DNA of 57,289 bases from an uncultured delta proteobacterium (GTDB taxonomy: Bacteria > Desulfobacterota > Syntrophia > Syntrophales > UBA2185). Positions within the stretch are counted from its first letter, which is position 1. Each line of letters begins with the position of its first letter. The stretch lies in NCBI GenBank assembly GCA_963729715.1, contig CAVSPA010000011.1, positions 1 to 57,289 of the forward strand, read 5' to 3'. The position numbers and the translations under genes were made by a program. The notes below the pieces were generated by a model. The model searched no databases. It was not told where the DNA came from and saw nothing but the letters and a program-made list of their open reading frames with translations. Positions 8,830 through 18,368 of this stretch are shown here, one piece after another.

Positions 8830-11538
8830 TCACTTGTTTATGAGGGCCGCATGGGCAGCCGCCAGTCTCGCAATGGGCACGCGGAACGGTGAGCAGGAAA
8901 CATAGTCCATGCCCACGCGGTGGCAGAGATCGATGGATTTGGGATCGCCGCCGTGCTCGCCGCAGATACCGACCTCCAGCTTGGGACGCGTCGCGCGGCC
9001 TTTCTTGGTGCCCATCTCGACCAGTTGGCCGACGCCTCTCTCATCGAGGCTCTGGAAGGGATCTTCGGGCAGGATCCTCTGCTGAAGATAAATGGGCAGG
9101 AATCCGCCGATGTCGTCACGCGAAAAACCAAAAGTAGTCTGTGTAAGGTCATTTGTGCCAAAGGAGAAAAATTCTGCGGTCTTGGCAATATCATCCGCCG
9201 TCAGCGCCGCCCTCGGCACCTCGATCATCGTCCCGACCATGTATTCGAAGGTCACGCCCTTTTCCTTCATGACATCCGCCGCCATACGGCGAATGATGGC
9301 TTCCTGATGATTGTATTCAGAAGCAGTACCCACCAGCGGTACCATTACCTCAGGAAAGACCTTGATGCCTTTCAGGGTCAATTCCGCGGCAGCCTCGAAG
9401 ATTGCCCGAGCCTGCATTTCCGTGATTTCCGGATAAGCTATGCCAAGACGACAGCCGCGATGACCGAGCATGGGGTTGATCTCGTGCAGGGACTCCACAC
9501 GAGCTTTGAGTTTCTTCACGGAAACACCGAGATCTTTGGAGAGCTCTTTTAACTGCTCACTATTGAGGGTCACGAATTCATGCAAAGGGGGATCGAGGAG
9601 GCGAATTGTGACAGGCAGACCCTGCATGACTTCGAGGAGGCCCATAAAATCCTGCCGCTGAAACGGCAAGAGCTTCATTACCGCCTTGCGGCGATCCTCT
9701 TCCTTCTCCGCAAGGATCATCTCACGCATAGGCATGATACGCTCCGGGCCGAAGAACATATGCTCCGTACGGGTAAGCCCGATCCCTTCGGCGCCGAAGG
9801 CGCGCGCCTGAGCGGCATCCTGGGGACGGTCGGCATTAGTGCGTACACCGAGTTTGCGGAATTTATCGGCCCATCCCATGAGCTCCGTATAATCCTTATT
9901 CGCCGCAAGGTCTGGCCTTACTGAAGGGACCTTCCCTTCGTAGACCCGACCTATCGAACCGTTGAGGGAAATCCAGTCGCCCTCCTTTATTGTCCTGCCA
10001 CCCACCATCATCACCTTCTTATTCGCGTCGATGTCAAGGGCGGAGCAGCCGACGATGCAGCACTTGCCCCATCCGCGAGCGACCAGCGCGGCATGGCTCG
10101 TCATGCCTCCTTTTGCAGTCAATACGGCTTCAGCGACGTGCATTCCATGCACGTCCTCCGGCGACGTCTCATGACGCACAAGAATAATCTTCTTGCCTTC
10201 CTTCGTCCATTTCGCCGCATCATCGGCGGTGAAGACGACCTGGCCTGTGGCACCGCCGGGACCGGCGGGCAAACCCCTCGCAAGCACGCGGGCCTTTTGC
10301 TCTTCCACCGGATCAAGCATGTCATGCAGCAGTTCATCGAGCTGAGCCGGCCTCACGCGGAGGACAGCAGTGGCTTCATCGATGAGACCTTCGCGCACCA
10401 TTTCCACGGCAGCTTTCACCGCTGCGGGTCCGTTGCGCTTGCCGGTGCGTGTCTGGAGCATCCACAGGCGTCCCTCCTGGACGGTGAACTCGATATCCTG
10501 CATGTCTGTGAAATGTTTTTCCAGCCTGTCTCGTATATCTGCCAGTTCTTTATACAACGGCGGCATAGCTTCTTCGAGGCTCTCAATGTCTTTTGTATCC
10601 TCCGTCTTGTTTTTCATGTTAAGTGGATTAGGCGTACGTATGCCAGCCACGACGTCCTCGCCCTGAGCGTTCACGAGCCATTCCCCATAGAATACATTTT
10701 CGCCCGTCGCGGGGTTTCTTGTGAAGGCTACACCCGTTGCACTCTTCTCGCCCATGTTTCCGAAGACCATGGACTGGACGGTTACGGCAGTGCCCCATTC
10801 ATCCGGTATACCCTCGATGCGCCTATAGGAAATGGCGCGTTTTCCATTCCAGCTCTGGAAGACGGCGCCGATTCCGCCCCAGATCTGTTCGTAGGGATCA
10901 TCGGGAAATTCTTTCCCGAGAATGTTTTTGACTTTGGTCTTGAATATTTTAATCAGCTTCTTCAGGTCTGCCGCGGTAAGGTCGGTGTCATGAACGACGT
11001 GCAGCTTTTTTTTCATTTTCTCCATCGCATGCTCGAGCTGTATGCGGACCCCCCTGCCCTCTTCCGGCTCGATTCCTGCCGCCTTTTCCATGACTACATC
11101 GGAGTACATCATGATTAAGCGACGATATGCATCATAGGCGAAACGCCCATTGCCCGTTTTTGCAACCAGCCCTTTCAGCGTCTTTTCGTTAAGGCCGACA
11201 TTCAGAACAGTTTCCATCATGCCGGGCATGGAGGAGCGAGCGCCGGAGCGAATGGAAAGCAACAGGGGATTTCCGGGGTCGCCGAATTTCGCCTGCATAA
11301 TTGCTTCCACGTTTGCCAAGGCCTGCTTCACTTGAGCTTCAAGCTCGGGCGGATAAGATTTATTGTGCTGATAGTAGTAATTGCAAACTTCGGTCGTGAT
11401 AGTGAAACCGGGAGGCACGGGTATGCCGAGACTGGCCATTTCCGCCAGATTGGCCCCTTTACCGCCGAGTAGTTCTTTCATTTCCGCCTTGCCGTCTGCC
11501 TTGCCGCCTCCAAATTCAAATACATACTTTTTAGACAT
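8830..11538 (-). CDS. ppdK: Pyruvate, phosphate dikinase
   Basis: LLGGKGANLAEM, SIRSGARSSMPGMM, GGMTSHAALVARG (phospho-His), FSFGTNDLTQ, GICGEHGG; start placed at MSKKYV after an AGGAG RBS. Confidence 0.97.
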   Translation of the reverse strand: MSKKYVFEFGGGKADGKAEMKELLGGKGANLAEMASLGIPVPPGFTITTEVCNYYYQHNKSYPPELEAQVKQALANVEAIMQAKFGDPGNPLLLSIRSGARSSMPGMMETVLNVGLNEKTLKGLVAKTGNGRFAYDAYRRLIMMYSDVVMEKAAGIEPEEGRGVRIQLEHAMEKMKKKLHVVHDTDLTAADLKKLIKIFKTKVKNILGKEFPDDPYEQIWGGIGAVFQSWNGKRAISYRRIEGIPDEWGTAVTVQSMVFGNMGEKSATGVAFTRNPATGENVFYGEWLVNAQGEDVVAGIRTPNPLNMKNKTEDTKDIESLEEAMPPLYKELADIRDRLEKHFTDMQDIEFTVQEGRLWMLQTRTGKRNGPAAVKAAVEMVREGLIDEATAVLRVRPAQLDELLHDMLDPVEEQKARVLARGLPAGPGGATGQVVFTADDAAKWTKEGKKIILVRHETSPEDVHGMHVAEAVLTAKGGMTSHAALVARGWGKCCIVGCSALDIDANKKVMMVGGRTIKEGDWISLNGSIGRVYEGKVPSVRPDLAANKDYTELMGWADKFRKLGVRTNADRPQDAAQARAFGAEGIGLTRTEHMFFGPERIMPMREMILAEKEEDRRKAVMKLLPFQRQDFMGLLEVMQGLPVTIRLLDPPLHEFVTLNSEQLKELSKDLGVSVKKLKARVESLHEINPMLGHRGCRLGIAYPEITEMQARAIFEAAAELTLKGIKVFPEVMVPLVGTASEYNHQEAIIRRMAADVMKEKGVTFEYMVGTMIEVPRAALTADDIAKTAEFFSFGTNDLTQTTFGFSRDDIGGFLPIYLQQRILPEDPFQSLDERGVGQLVEMGTKKGRATRPKLEVGICGEHGGDPKSIDLCHRVGMDYVSCSPFRVPIARLAAAHAALINK

Positions 11539-12039
11539 TTTTTCTCTCCTGAATCTCTCCATTTCTTGATTTTAGAGTCTTCTTCCTTATTCCATGTAAG
11601 ATTAATGATGCAATAATGCGTAGCAACAATCATCCATGATATCATGGTTATCTATCAGTCTTGTCTTGTAATGTCAAATAGAAATGTGAGCAGAGTTGAC
11701 ATGGAAGGTAAAATGCGAAGAAATCCGGATGCTGAGAATGATCCATGTGTCTCTCCGGCACAGGTTTCCGCGTGAATCTCTCCAAACATGCCCGTTTTTG
11801 TGCAATATCCGTGAGGAAACTTTTCTTGTAAACGGCCAAATAACTCTTGACAGGATTATTTTTCATGTAGAATATTACGCCTATAAGTCATTGAGAAGGC
11901 GAAATGACAAGCTTGCCTTGCGGGAAACTGATCCGTGGGCAAGACGCGGCATATCAATTAAGAAAGGAGGTGAGTCCCGGATATTTGGAGAGACGTGCCA
12001 CACGTCTCGAGAAACCAACCAAGTAAATAGGAGGAAAAA

Positions 12040-12417
12040 ATGAGAAGGACTTTAAGTTGTGTTGTTCTTAGTTTGATCTTTGTTATGATGTTCGCCCCGT
12101 TAGCGATTGCAGCCGCTGCGCCAGCTGCTGCTGCGCCTGGTGCTCCCGTTGATTATACAAAGGCAATCGTGATTGCATGCAGTCTCTTGGCGGTGGGTAT
12201 TGCCATGGGATTAGGTACAATCGGTACTGGCATCGGCATGGGAAACGGATTGAGCGGCGCTACAAACGCCGTCGGCAGAAATCCCGAAGCACAGGGAAAG
12301 ATCCTGCTGACCATGATGGTTGGTCTGGCTATGATCGAATCACTCGCGATCTATGCTCTGGTTATTGCATTGATCGTACTCTACGCCAATCCTCTGATTA
12401 AGTTAGTTGGCATGTAG
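12040..12417 (+). CDS. atpE: F0 ATP synthase subunit c (copy 1) with signal-peptide-like N-terminal extension
   Basis: GxGxGxGxG helix, loop AVGRNPEAQGKI, conserved carboxylate in AMIESLAIYAL; AGGAGG RBS. Confidence 0.93.
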   Translation: MRRTLSCVVLSLIFVMMFAPLAIAAAAPAAAAPGAPVDYTKAIVIACSLLAVGIAMGLGTIGTGIGMGNGLSGATNAVGRNPEAQGKILLTMMVGLAMIESLAIYALVIALIVLYANPLIKLVGM

Positions 12418-12439
12418 AAAACCGGTATTATAAGAAATC

Positions 12440-12481
12440 AGGGAGGGGGAGCGCTACCACGACTTCAACTCCCTCTTTTTT
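12440..12481 (+). terminator. Probable intrinsic terminator of atpE copy 1
   Basis: AGGGAG...CTCCCT stem followed by CTTTTTT. Confidence 0.55.
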
Positions 12482-12657
12482 GCCCGATACAATTTAATCC
12501 CCGACCCCTTGTACCCTTCTTTTCGTTTACAAGCACTTCATTTGAATCATGGAATCATCAACATGCTACGATTTTGTTCGGAGACACACTGGAAAAGATG
12601 AGAGATTAACAGCGACGCGCACAGAGGCGGAGGCGAGAGCAGTCTGTTATAAGAGTG

Positions 12658-12694
12658 AAAAAAAAGGCCGGGAGTGTGCACCTCCCGGCCTTTT
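12658..12694 (-). terminator. Intrinsic terminator after the Cache-domain gene
   Basis: A-run, then GGCCGGGAG-tgtgcac-CTCCCGGCC-TTTT; gives a U-tract on the minus strand. Confidence 0.75.
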
Positions 12695-12697
12695 GCA

Positions 12698-14014
12698 CTA
12701 TTTATCCTCTTTGTCCTCTTCATCCTCTTCTTCGAGTGCGGCTTCCTGCGAACCTGCGGGAACTTCCGCTTCGATCGAACGCCCGATACCTCGCGAGAGG
12801 AGCGCTGATATGAAGAACAGAAGAATGACGGAAATGATGATGATAAGGACGATTGTCGTGGTCCATGCCTTCACTTCTTTTTCTACGTCCTGAGAAGCTT
12901 TAGTGGCCATCTCATTGAACTTTTCCACGTTCACTCCCATTCCGATCCACCCGAAGCCACCGGGTTTAGGGTAGTCAATGGAGTAGAATTTAATGGGCGC
13001 ATACGCTACGAATTTCGTCTGCCCGGCAAATTTGTACGTTTTGATGCCTGTATTTCCGGCAGCCGCATCCTTTGCGACTTCCGGCAGGCCCGGATCCATA
13101 AAACCGAGAAGGCTGATGTTCAGTACTTCTTCTCCCTTCTTAGTCATTGCCTCTACAGTCTTATCGGTAAGAGGAGGAACCGGCGTTCCGTCGGGATACA
13201 GACCTTCTATGTGATAATCATTGGGGTGCGCGATGACGAGCCCTCGGTTGTCCACCATATAGGCGTAATTTCCTGTAGCTGCATCCGCCCTGAATACATA
13301 CCCGGACTGGGTCGGTATGATATGATCGGTGTACCCGGCAACATGCTGAAAATCAAGGGCAAGACTGATAACGCCTGCAAATCCTTCCTTCCCGAAGATC
13401 GGCGTAGCCATGCGAATGATTCCCTGAAAACGTTTGCCCTTTTCAAAATCGAGCTTATTCACATACCAGCCTGTGACATGGCCTATATATACTTCGCCTT
13501 TATTAAGTTTCGACGCCTTGCTGAAGTAGTCCTCTGATTTGTATTTCGTATTGGCGGGATTACTCACATTCACCAGGCCCGATTTAGCGGCCCCGCCATT
13601 CACAATTTTTATCACCTCATTGCCATTCCTGTCGATGAGGGCCATCTCTGTATAGAGAGGGGCAAAGACCTGCTGGATTTTATTATCCTCTTTTACCCAG
13701 ACGGCTTTCTTGTTTTCGTTCATAAATTGCTTGTAGCTTGCTTCGGTCGCGGGGATGATAGTTGCAATCAACAGATCCTTTTTTCTCTCCGTGAGAAAAT
13801 TGGCAACCTCGTCCGCCGTATTAATGGCACGTATCTTGATTTCTTCCTGAGATTTCTGATCGAGAACGTTGATTGCCCGTTCTTTCGCTGTAATCCCTAA
13901 TTTGAGAATGCCGTTGGCAATCAGAATAGCCATCAGTGAAAAGGGGATTACGATAAGCAGGAAGAATACTCTCGCTACCGTAAAAAGCTGCTTATCTTTT
14001 TTATTTTCTGGCAT
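12698..14014 (-). CDS. Membrane-anchored extracytoplasmic Cache-domain protein without cytoplasmic output domain
   Basis: N-terminal TM; YAYMVDNRGLVIAHP and KFVAYAPI...GWIG Cache motifs; second TM followed by only about 30 aa of acidic tail. Confidence 0.75.
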   Translation of the reverse strand: MPENKKDKQLFTVARVFFLLIVIPFSLMAILIANGILKLGITAKERAINVLDQKSQEEIKIRAINTADEVANFLTERKKDLLIATIIPATEASYKQFMNENKKAVWVKEDNKIQQVFAPLYTEMALIDRNGNEVIKIVNGGAAKSGLVNVSNPANTKYKSEDYFSKASKLNKGEVYIGHVTGWYVNKLDFEKGKRFQGIIRMATPIFGKEGFAGVISLALDFQHVAGYTDHIIPTQSGYVFRADAATGNYAYMVDNRGLVIAHPNDYHIEGLYPDGTPVPPLTDKTVEAMTKKGEEVLNISLLGFMDPGLPEVAKDAAAGNTGIKTYKFAGQTKFVAYAPIKFYSIDYPKPGGFGWIGMGVNVEKFNEMATKASQDVEKEVKAWTTTIVLIIIISVILLFFISALLSRGIGRSIEAEVPAGSQEAALEEEDEEDKEDK

Positions 14015-14067
14015 TGCCTTCTCCCCCTAACTTTTGTCAGATTTAAAGTTAATTTTCTTTAAATGAA

Positions 14068-14442
14068 TTAACCTAAAAAATAACGCATGAAGGGGTTTGC
14101 AAACAGAAGTACAAGCGCAACAACCAGGGCATAAATGGCGATCGATTCCGCCATAGCCATACCGATTAGCATGGTCATCATGATCTTACCCTGAACGCCG
14201 GGGTTTCTTCCCACGGCCTGACATGCACCGTTAGTGGCAGTCCCGATTCCTAACCCGGCTCCTACGGCGCCTATACCCATAGCCAGGCCTGCCCCCAACA
14301 TGGCGCCTACTGCGAAGAGGACTTTTGTGTACGATTCACCCGCCGGAATCGCTTCTGCAGCGTATACAAGCTGTGAGGACGATAACAGAGCAGCCATTGT
14401 TGAAAATAGAGTTAATAAAGTTTTTCCGAATTTCCGTAACAT
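14068..14442 (-). CDS. atpE: F0 ATP synthase subunit c (copy 2) with signal-peptide-like N-terminal extension
   Basis: GIGAVGAGLGIG, AVGRNPGVQGKI, AMAESIAIYAL. Confidence 0.93.
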   Translation of the reverse strand: MLRKFGKTLLTLFSTMAALLSSSQLVYAAEAIPAGESYTKVLFAVGAMLGAGLAMGIGAVGAGLGIGTATNGACQAVGRNPGVQGKIMMTMLIGMAMAESIAIYALVVALVLLFANPFMRYFLG

Positions 14443-14546
14443 TTTTTTTCTCCTTTCCTGTTAAAAGTTAATCCAGAATTCCCTATCCCCATAACATGAA
14501 AACACATCGGGGGAAATAGGAAATATTATAAAACTGCGTAACCAGC

Positions 14547-14562
14547 TGCAACAGGCATGCCA
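14547..14562 (-). promoter_or_regulatory. Sigma-54 -24/-12 promoter upstream of atpE copy 2
   Basis: Minus strand TGGCATGCCTGTTGCA versus consensus TGGCACG-N4-TTGCW; correct spacing; about 105 bp upstream of the start. Confidence 0.75.
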
Positions 14563-14719
14563 TTGATGCGCCTGCAAGGCTTATCGGCTCTAACATCACG
14601 CAACGACAATGTTATTCTTATTTATTTACTGAACGAAATGTCCGTTGCGAACGCATAATGTTTTAACGTTTTGTTCAATTGACTCTGCCGCTTGAACGAA
14701 AAGTGCAATGCAGTCCGAA

Positions 14720-14905
14720 GTAAACTACCACCGACCTTGTCGGTGGCCTTCAAAATGCGGCAAGCCTACGGACAATGTCCTTCGCCTTGCCTGATAAGGG
14801 TTGAAACGGCTATTCTAAAATATTGTTCACCAACATTGTTGGTTCACTTAAGGTGTGGGGCCTCCGCCCCCACACCCCACCACTGACAATGTCAGTGGTT
14901 TTGAC
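14720..14905. mobile_element. Small non-coding multi-hairpin element, possibly a non-autonomous IS200/IS605-like or MITE remnant
   Basis: Related subterminal hairpins CCACCGAC-ctt-GTCGGTGG (14728-14746) and CCACTGAC-aat-GTCAGTGG (14880-14898); two internal hairpins; imperfectly inverted ends. Confidence 0.45.
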
Positions 14906-15087
14906 AGATAAATGAATCGAGATTAAATCGCCTGCGCTTTTTTTTGTTTTCACATCTTTTTCCTTTTAATAATAAATCGGCTTCGAAGATACTGAGAGCC
15001 CTCTCCGGAATAATCCGTATATTTCTATTGAAAATTTGCAGTTTGACCGGTATATCATATGAAAACTAAGACTTTAAGAGGTCTATT

Positions 15088-15267
15088 ATGCAGGAGATCT
15101 TAACGGCAGCAACGTATCTCGTTGTGTGGCTGATATGTGCGCGGGTAATCGAAATTGAGAGTGGATTGACTAAACTTCTTATCTCACTCGGAGCAGCCAT
15201 TGGCGTATATATCGTGATAGGCGTCAAGGAATATAGAGACAGGAAAGCCAAAGGAGCGGATGATTGA
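15088..15267 (+). CDS. Small two-TM membrane protein (59 aa; not in the ORF track)
   Basis: MQEILTAATYLVVWLICARVIEIESGLTKLLISLGAAIGVYIVIGVKEYRDRKAKGADD; AAGAGG RBS; stop overlaps the TTG start of the kinase. Confidence 0.65.
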   Translation: MQEILTAATYLVVWLICARVIEIESGLTKLLISLGAAIGVYIVIGVKEYRDRKAKGADD

Positions 15268-18200
15268 CAGCTTCTCTTTCAGATTTCATAAAGAAAAACC
15301 TTAGGGTGCCCGTCTGGCTCACCACGCTGATAGTCATTATCATGATTATCATGTTCTCTCTGATGATCAATCAGGCGAGAGTGAAGGAGTCGGCAGAGCA
15401 ATACGGGAAACAATATATGACCATCGCCAAAGGCACAGCCACGGGGATAGATGATCTTTTTGACAGTGTGGAGAAAAGCCTGATTATACTTTCCCGGCAT
15501 CATAGCGGAACGATGCGCTCAAACATGCGCGAGACTTACGACGACCTGGAAGGAAAGATAGATTTTTTGGCTATAAGCGACCGCGAAGGCAAGACCATCG
15601 AGGCATATCCGGGAACTTTTCATGACGACATCCTGAAGAGCACTTCAAACAACTCCGCTTTTCTCAAACTGATACAGGACATTAGGAAAACCGGCAAACC
15701 CAGGGTGAGCAGCCTTATTTCCGTGGATATTAAAGCTGCTAACGGCGAGGGGAAAAAATACAGGATGGTTGTCATCGGTGTTCCGGATTTCGATTTGGAC
15801 AGGAGACACGGGGGCATCGTATATGCCGCGCTATCCCCGGCCTCAGTTGTCGAGCGTTACATAAAAGATACTAAGACCGACTTGCCATGCGATGCAATGA
15901 TTGCCGATGACACGGGAACCGTCTTGTTCCATCCGCGGAATGAATACGTTGGCGCGGATCTTACTGCTGTTGTACGCGGCAAAATGGAACAGCCCATGTC
16001 TCCAAAAGACGGCATCATGAGGGACAGGGCAGGTTATGATGACTATGAACTGCTTCAGACAGGAGGAAGCTTTGAAAGAAGTATCGTGGGATACGCTCCG
16101 GCGGATTTGAACGGCCGAAAGTGGTATATCGCTGTCAGCACTCCTTATCATGTCGCCATTTCACATATCAGAAAAACATTCTTCATTATCATGCTCGAGG
16201 CATTCGTACTCATTGTCACGGTGATTGTCGGGAGCATGCTGGTCGTATATTCGGGCAAGAAACGTCTCTTACTCGAGGAAGAGTTGAAACACTTGAGGGA
16301 CAGGGACAGCTGGAGAGAGCAGCTCGCAAGAGAGAAGAAAACTTTAGAGGGGATTATTGAGGGCTCTCCGATACCGACCTTTGTGATTGACAGGGAACAC
16401 AAGATCATTTTCTGGAACAAGGCATGTTCGGACCTGATGGGCTATAACAGCAAAGATATGGTCGGCACTGATAAGCAGTACAGGCCCTTTTACCGCGAGA
16501 AAAGGCCGGTTATCGCAGACCTTATTGTCGATAACGATATACTCGAACTCGACAAGTACTACGGGGAAAAGAGCCTGCATAAGTCGACTGTTATTGAAGG
16601 CGCCTACGAAGCGCGGGATTATTTTGAAAATATGGGAGGCAAGAACAGACATCTTTATTTTCTTGCCGCCCCCATTTACGACGAGAGGGGAGAGATTATC
16701 GCTGCCATCGAAACGCTTCAAGACGTGACTAAGGAAGAAGAGATGGCCACGGATATGAAAGAATATGCGGAATCCCTGTCCAAAGAGAAAAAGACCATCG
16801 GAGGCATCATAGAAGGTTCTCCCATACCGACGTTTGTCATTGACGGACAGCACAAGATTATTTTTTGGAACCATGCCTGCACGGAGTTAACCGGATACGA
16901 CAGCAAAGACATGATCGGCACTGATAAACAGTTTATGCCATTTTACCATGATGAAAGGCCGGTTATTGCAGACCTCATTGTGGACAATAATATCGAGGAA
17001 CTCGACAAGTATTACGGGAAAAAGAGTGTGCATAAGTCAACCGTAGTGGAAGGCGCTTACGAGGCAAGCGATTATTTTGAGGATCTGGGCGGCAGGAACA
17101 GATACCTCTATTTTCTGGCTGCCCCTATTTATGACGAAAAGGGAGAGATTATTGCCGCCATTGAGACGCTCCAGGATGTGACGAAGGAAGAAGAACTGAC
17201 CAAAAATATGAAAGAGTATGCGGAAAGCCTTTCCAACGAGATATATGAACTGATCAGGCTGCGAAGCGACATACAAGAGCTTTACAATTACCTTCAATCT
17301 ATGATGGACAGCTCTCCGGACCGGATATTCGCCCTCAGCGCCGATGGCATTATAAACTACGTGAGCCGCAGGTCGGAGATAGATGACGGCTCGATGCCTC
17401 AGCAGATGGAGGGCAAATATTTCGCTGAATTTGTAGTTCCGGAGTACAGGGAATTTATGCTCAAGAAGTGGGAAGAGGTCAAAAGGGGAATACACAGGCC
17501 CTTCGAAATTGAGGTGACGACGAGGGGCGGCTTTAAGAGGAATCTCCTTATCACCACCGCTCCCATAAAGGGAACCGACAAATATCTCCTCGTGCAGCGT
17601 GATATAACGGAATTTAAAAATCTCGAGAAAAAATTTTATGACAGCCAGAAGCTCGCCGCTGTCGGTCAGCTCTCAGCTGGCATTGCCCACGAAGTGAGAA
17701 ATCCGCTTTCATCCATCAAGATGAGCCTCCAGATTCTTGAAAAAAGATTAAATCCCGCGGGGAATGATTTGAAACGGTTCAAGATAGCGGAGAAAGAGGT
17801 TGAGCATCTCGAGAAGATAGTAAATGATATCCTGATTTATGCAAAGCCTGCAGAACCCGAAATGAAGCCTGCAGATATCAGCGCTTTCATTGAAAGTTCG
17901 TTATCGATGGTAGAAAAAGAACTGTACGACAAAAAGATAGATGTGCAGTTTCATAACGATCAAGGCATCCCCCCGATAAATCTTGATTCAGCGATGCTGA
18001 AGCAGGCATTCTTGAATATATATCTCAATGCCATAGACGCAATGGAAGAGGGAGGCAGGCTGCGGATAAGCACGAAGTTTGTCACAAACGAGCACAAGCA
18101 TATCTCAATTGAAATAGACGATAGCGGTTACGGCATCAAGGAAGAAGATATGCCTCACCTGTTCAATCCGTTCTTTACAAGGAAAAGATACGGGACAGGC

Positions 18201-18368
18201 CTGGGCTTGACGCAGGTCAAGAAATTTATCGATTTACATCACGGTTCCATAGAAATATTCAGCAGGAAGGGCGAAGGAACGAAAGTTGTAGTTACTCTGC
18301 CTTTTGAAGAAAGCAAAAATAATTCTAAAACACCTGTTAACGATACCGGGGGACAAGCGCATGGCTAA
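15264..18368 (+). CDS. Cache / multi-PAS sensor histidine kinase
   Basis: Two TMs flank a Cache-like region; three PAS domains; H-box GIAHEVRNPL; N-box NIYLNAIDAM; DSGYGI; FNPFFT; GTGLGL. Confidence 0.93.
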   Translation: MTASLSDFIKKNLRVPVWLTTLIVIIMIIMFSLMINQARVKESAEQYGKQYMTIAKGTATGIDDLFDSVEKSLIILSRHHSGTMRSNMRETYDDLEGKIDFLAISDREGKTIEAYPGTFHDDILKSTSNNSAFLKLIQDIRKTGKPRVSSLISVDIKAANGEGKKYRMVVIGVPDFDLDRRHGGIVYAALSPASVVERYIKDTKTDLPCDAMIADDTGTVLFHPRNEYVGADLTAVVRGKMEQPMSPKDGIMRDRAGYDDYELLQTGGSFERSIVGYAPADLNGRKWYIAVSTPYHVAISHIRKTFFIIMLEAFVLIVTVIVGSMLVVYSGKKRLLLEEELKHLRDRDSWREQLAREKKTLEGIIEGSPIPTFVIDREHKIIFWNKACSDLMGYNSKDMVGTDKQYRPFYREKRPVIADLIVDNDILELDKYYGEKSLHKSTVIEGAYEARDYFENMGGKNRHLYFLAAPIYDERGEIIAAIETLQDVTKEEEMATDMKEYAESLSKEKKTIGGIIEGSPIPTFVIDGQHKIIFWNHACTELTGYDSKDMIGTDKQFMPFYHDERPVIADLIVDNNIEELDKYYGKKSVHKSTVVEGAYEASDYFEDLGGRNRYLYFLAAPIYDEKGEIIAAIETLQDVTKEEELTKNMKEYAESLSNEIYELIRLRSDIQELYNYLQSMMDSSPDRIFALSADGIINYVSRRSEIDDGSMPQQMEGKYFAEFVVPEYREFMLKKWEEVKRGIHRPFEIEVTTRGGFKRNLLITTAPIKGTDKYLLVQRDITEFKNLEKKFYDSQKLAAVGQLSAGIAHEVRNPLSSIKMSLQILEKRLNPAGNDLKRFKIAEKEVEHLEKIVNDILIYAKPAEPEMKPADISAFIESSLSMVEKELYDKKIDVQFHNDQGIPPINLDSAMLKQAFLNIYLNAIDAMEEGGRLRISTKFVTNEHKHISIEIDDSGYGIKEEDMPHLFNPFFTRKRYGTGLGLTQVKKFIDLHHGSIEIFSRKGEGTKVVVTLPFEESKNNSKTPVNDTGGQAHG
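16329..17234 (+). repeat. Intragenic tandem duplication of a 453-bp (151-aa) PAS/PAC module
   Basis: EKKT..GIIEGSPIPTFVID...ETLQDVTKEEE...MKEYAESLS occurs twice, starting at 16329 and 16782. Confidence 0.9.

Noticed and set aside
8838..11569. Long + strand ORFs opposite ppdK (and similar shadows opposite other genes)
   Set aside because: Antisense shadows of well-conserved genes, with no recognisable motifs.
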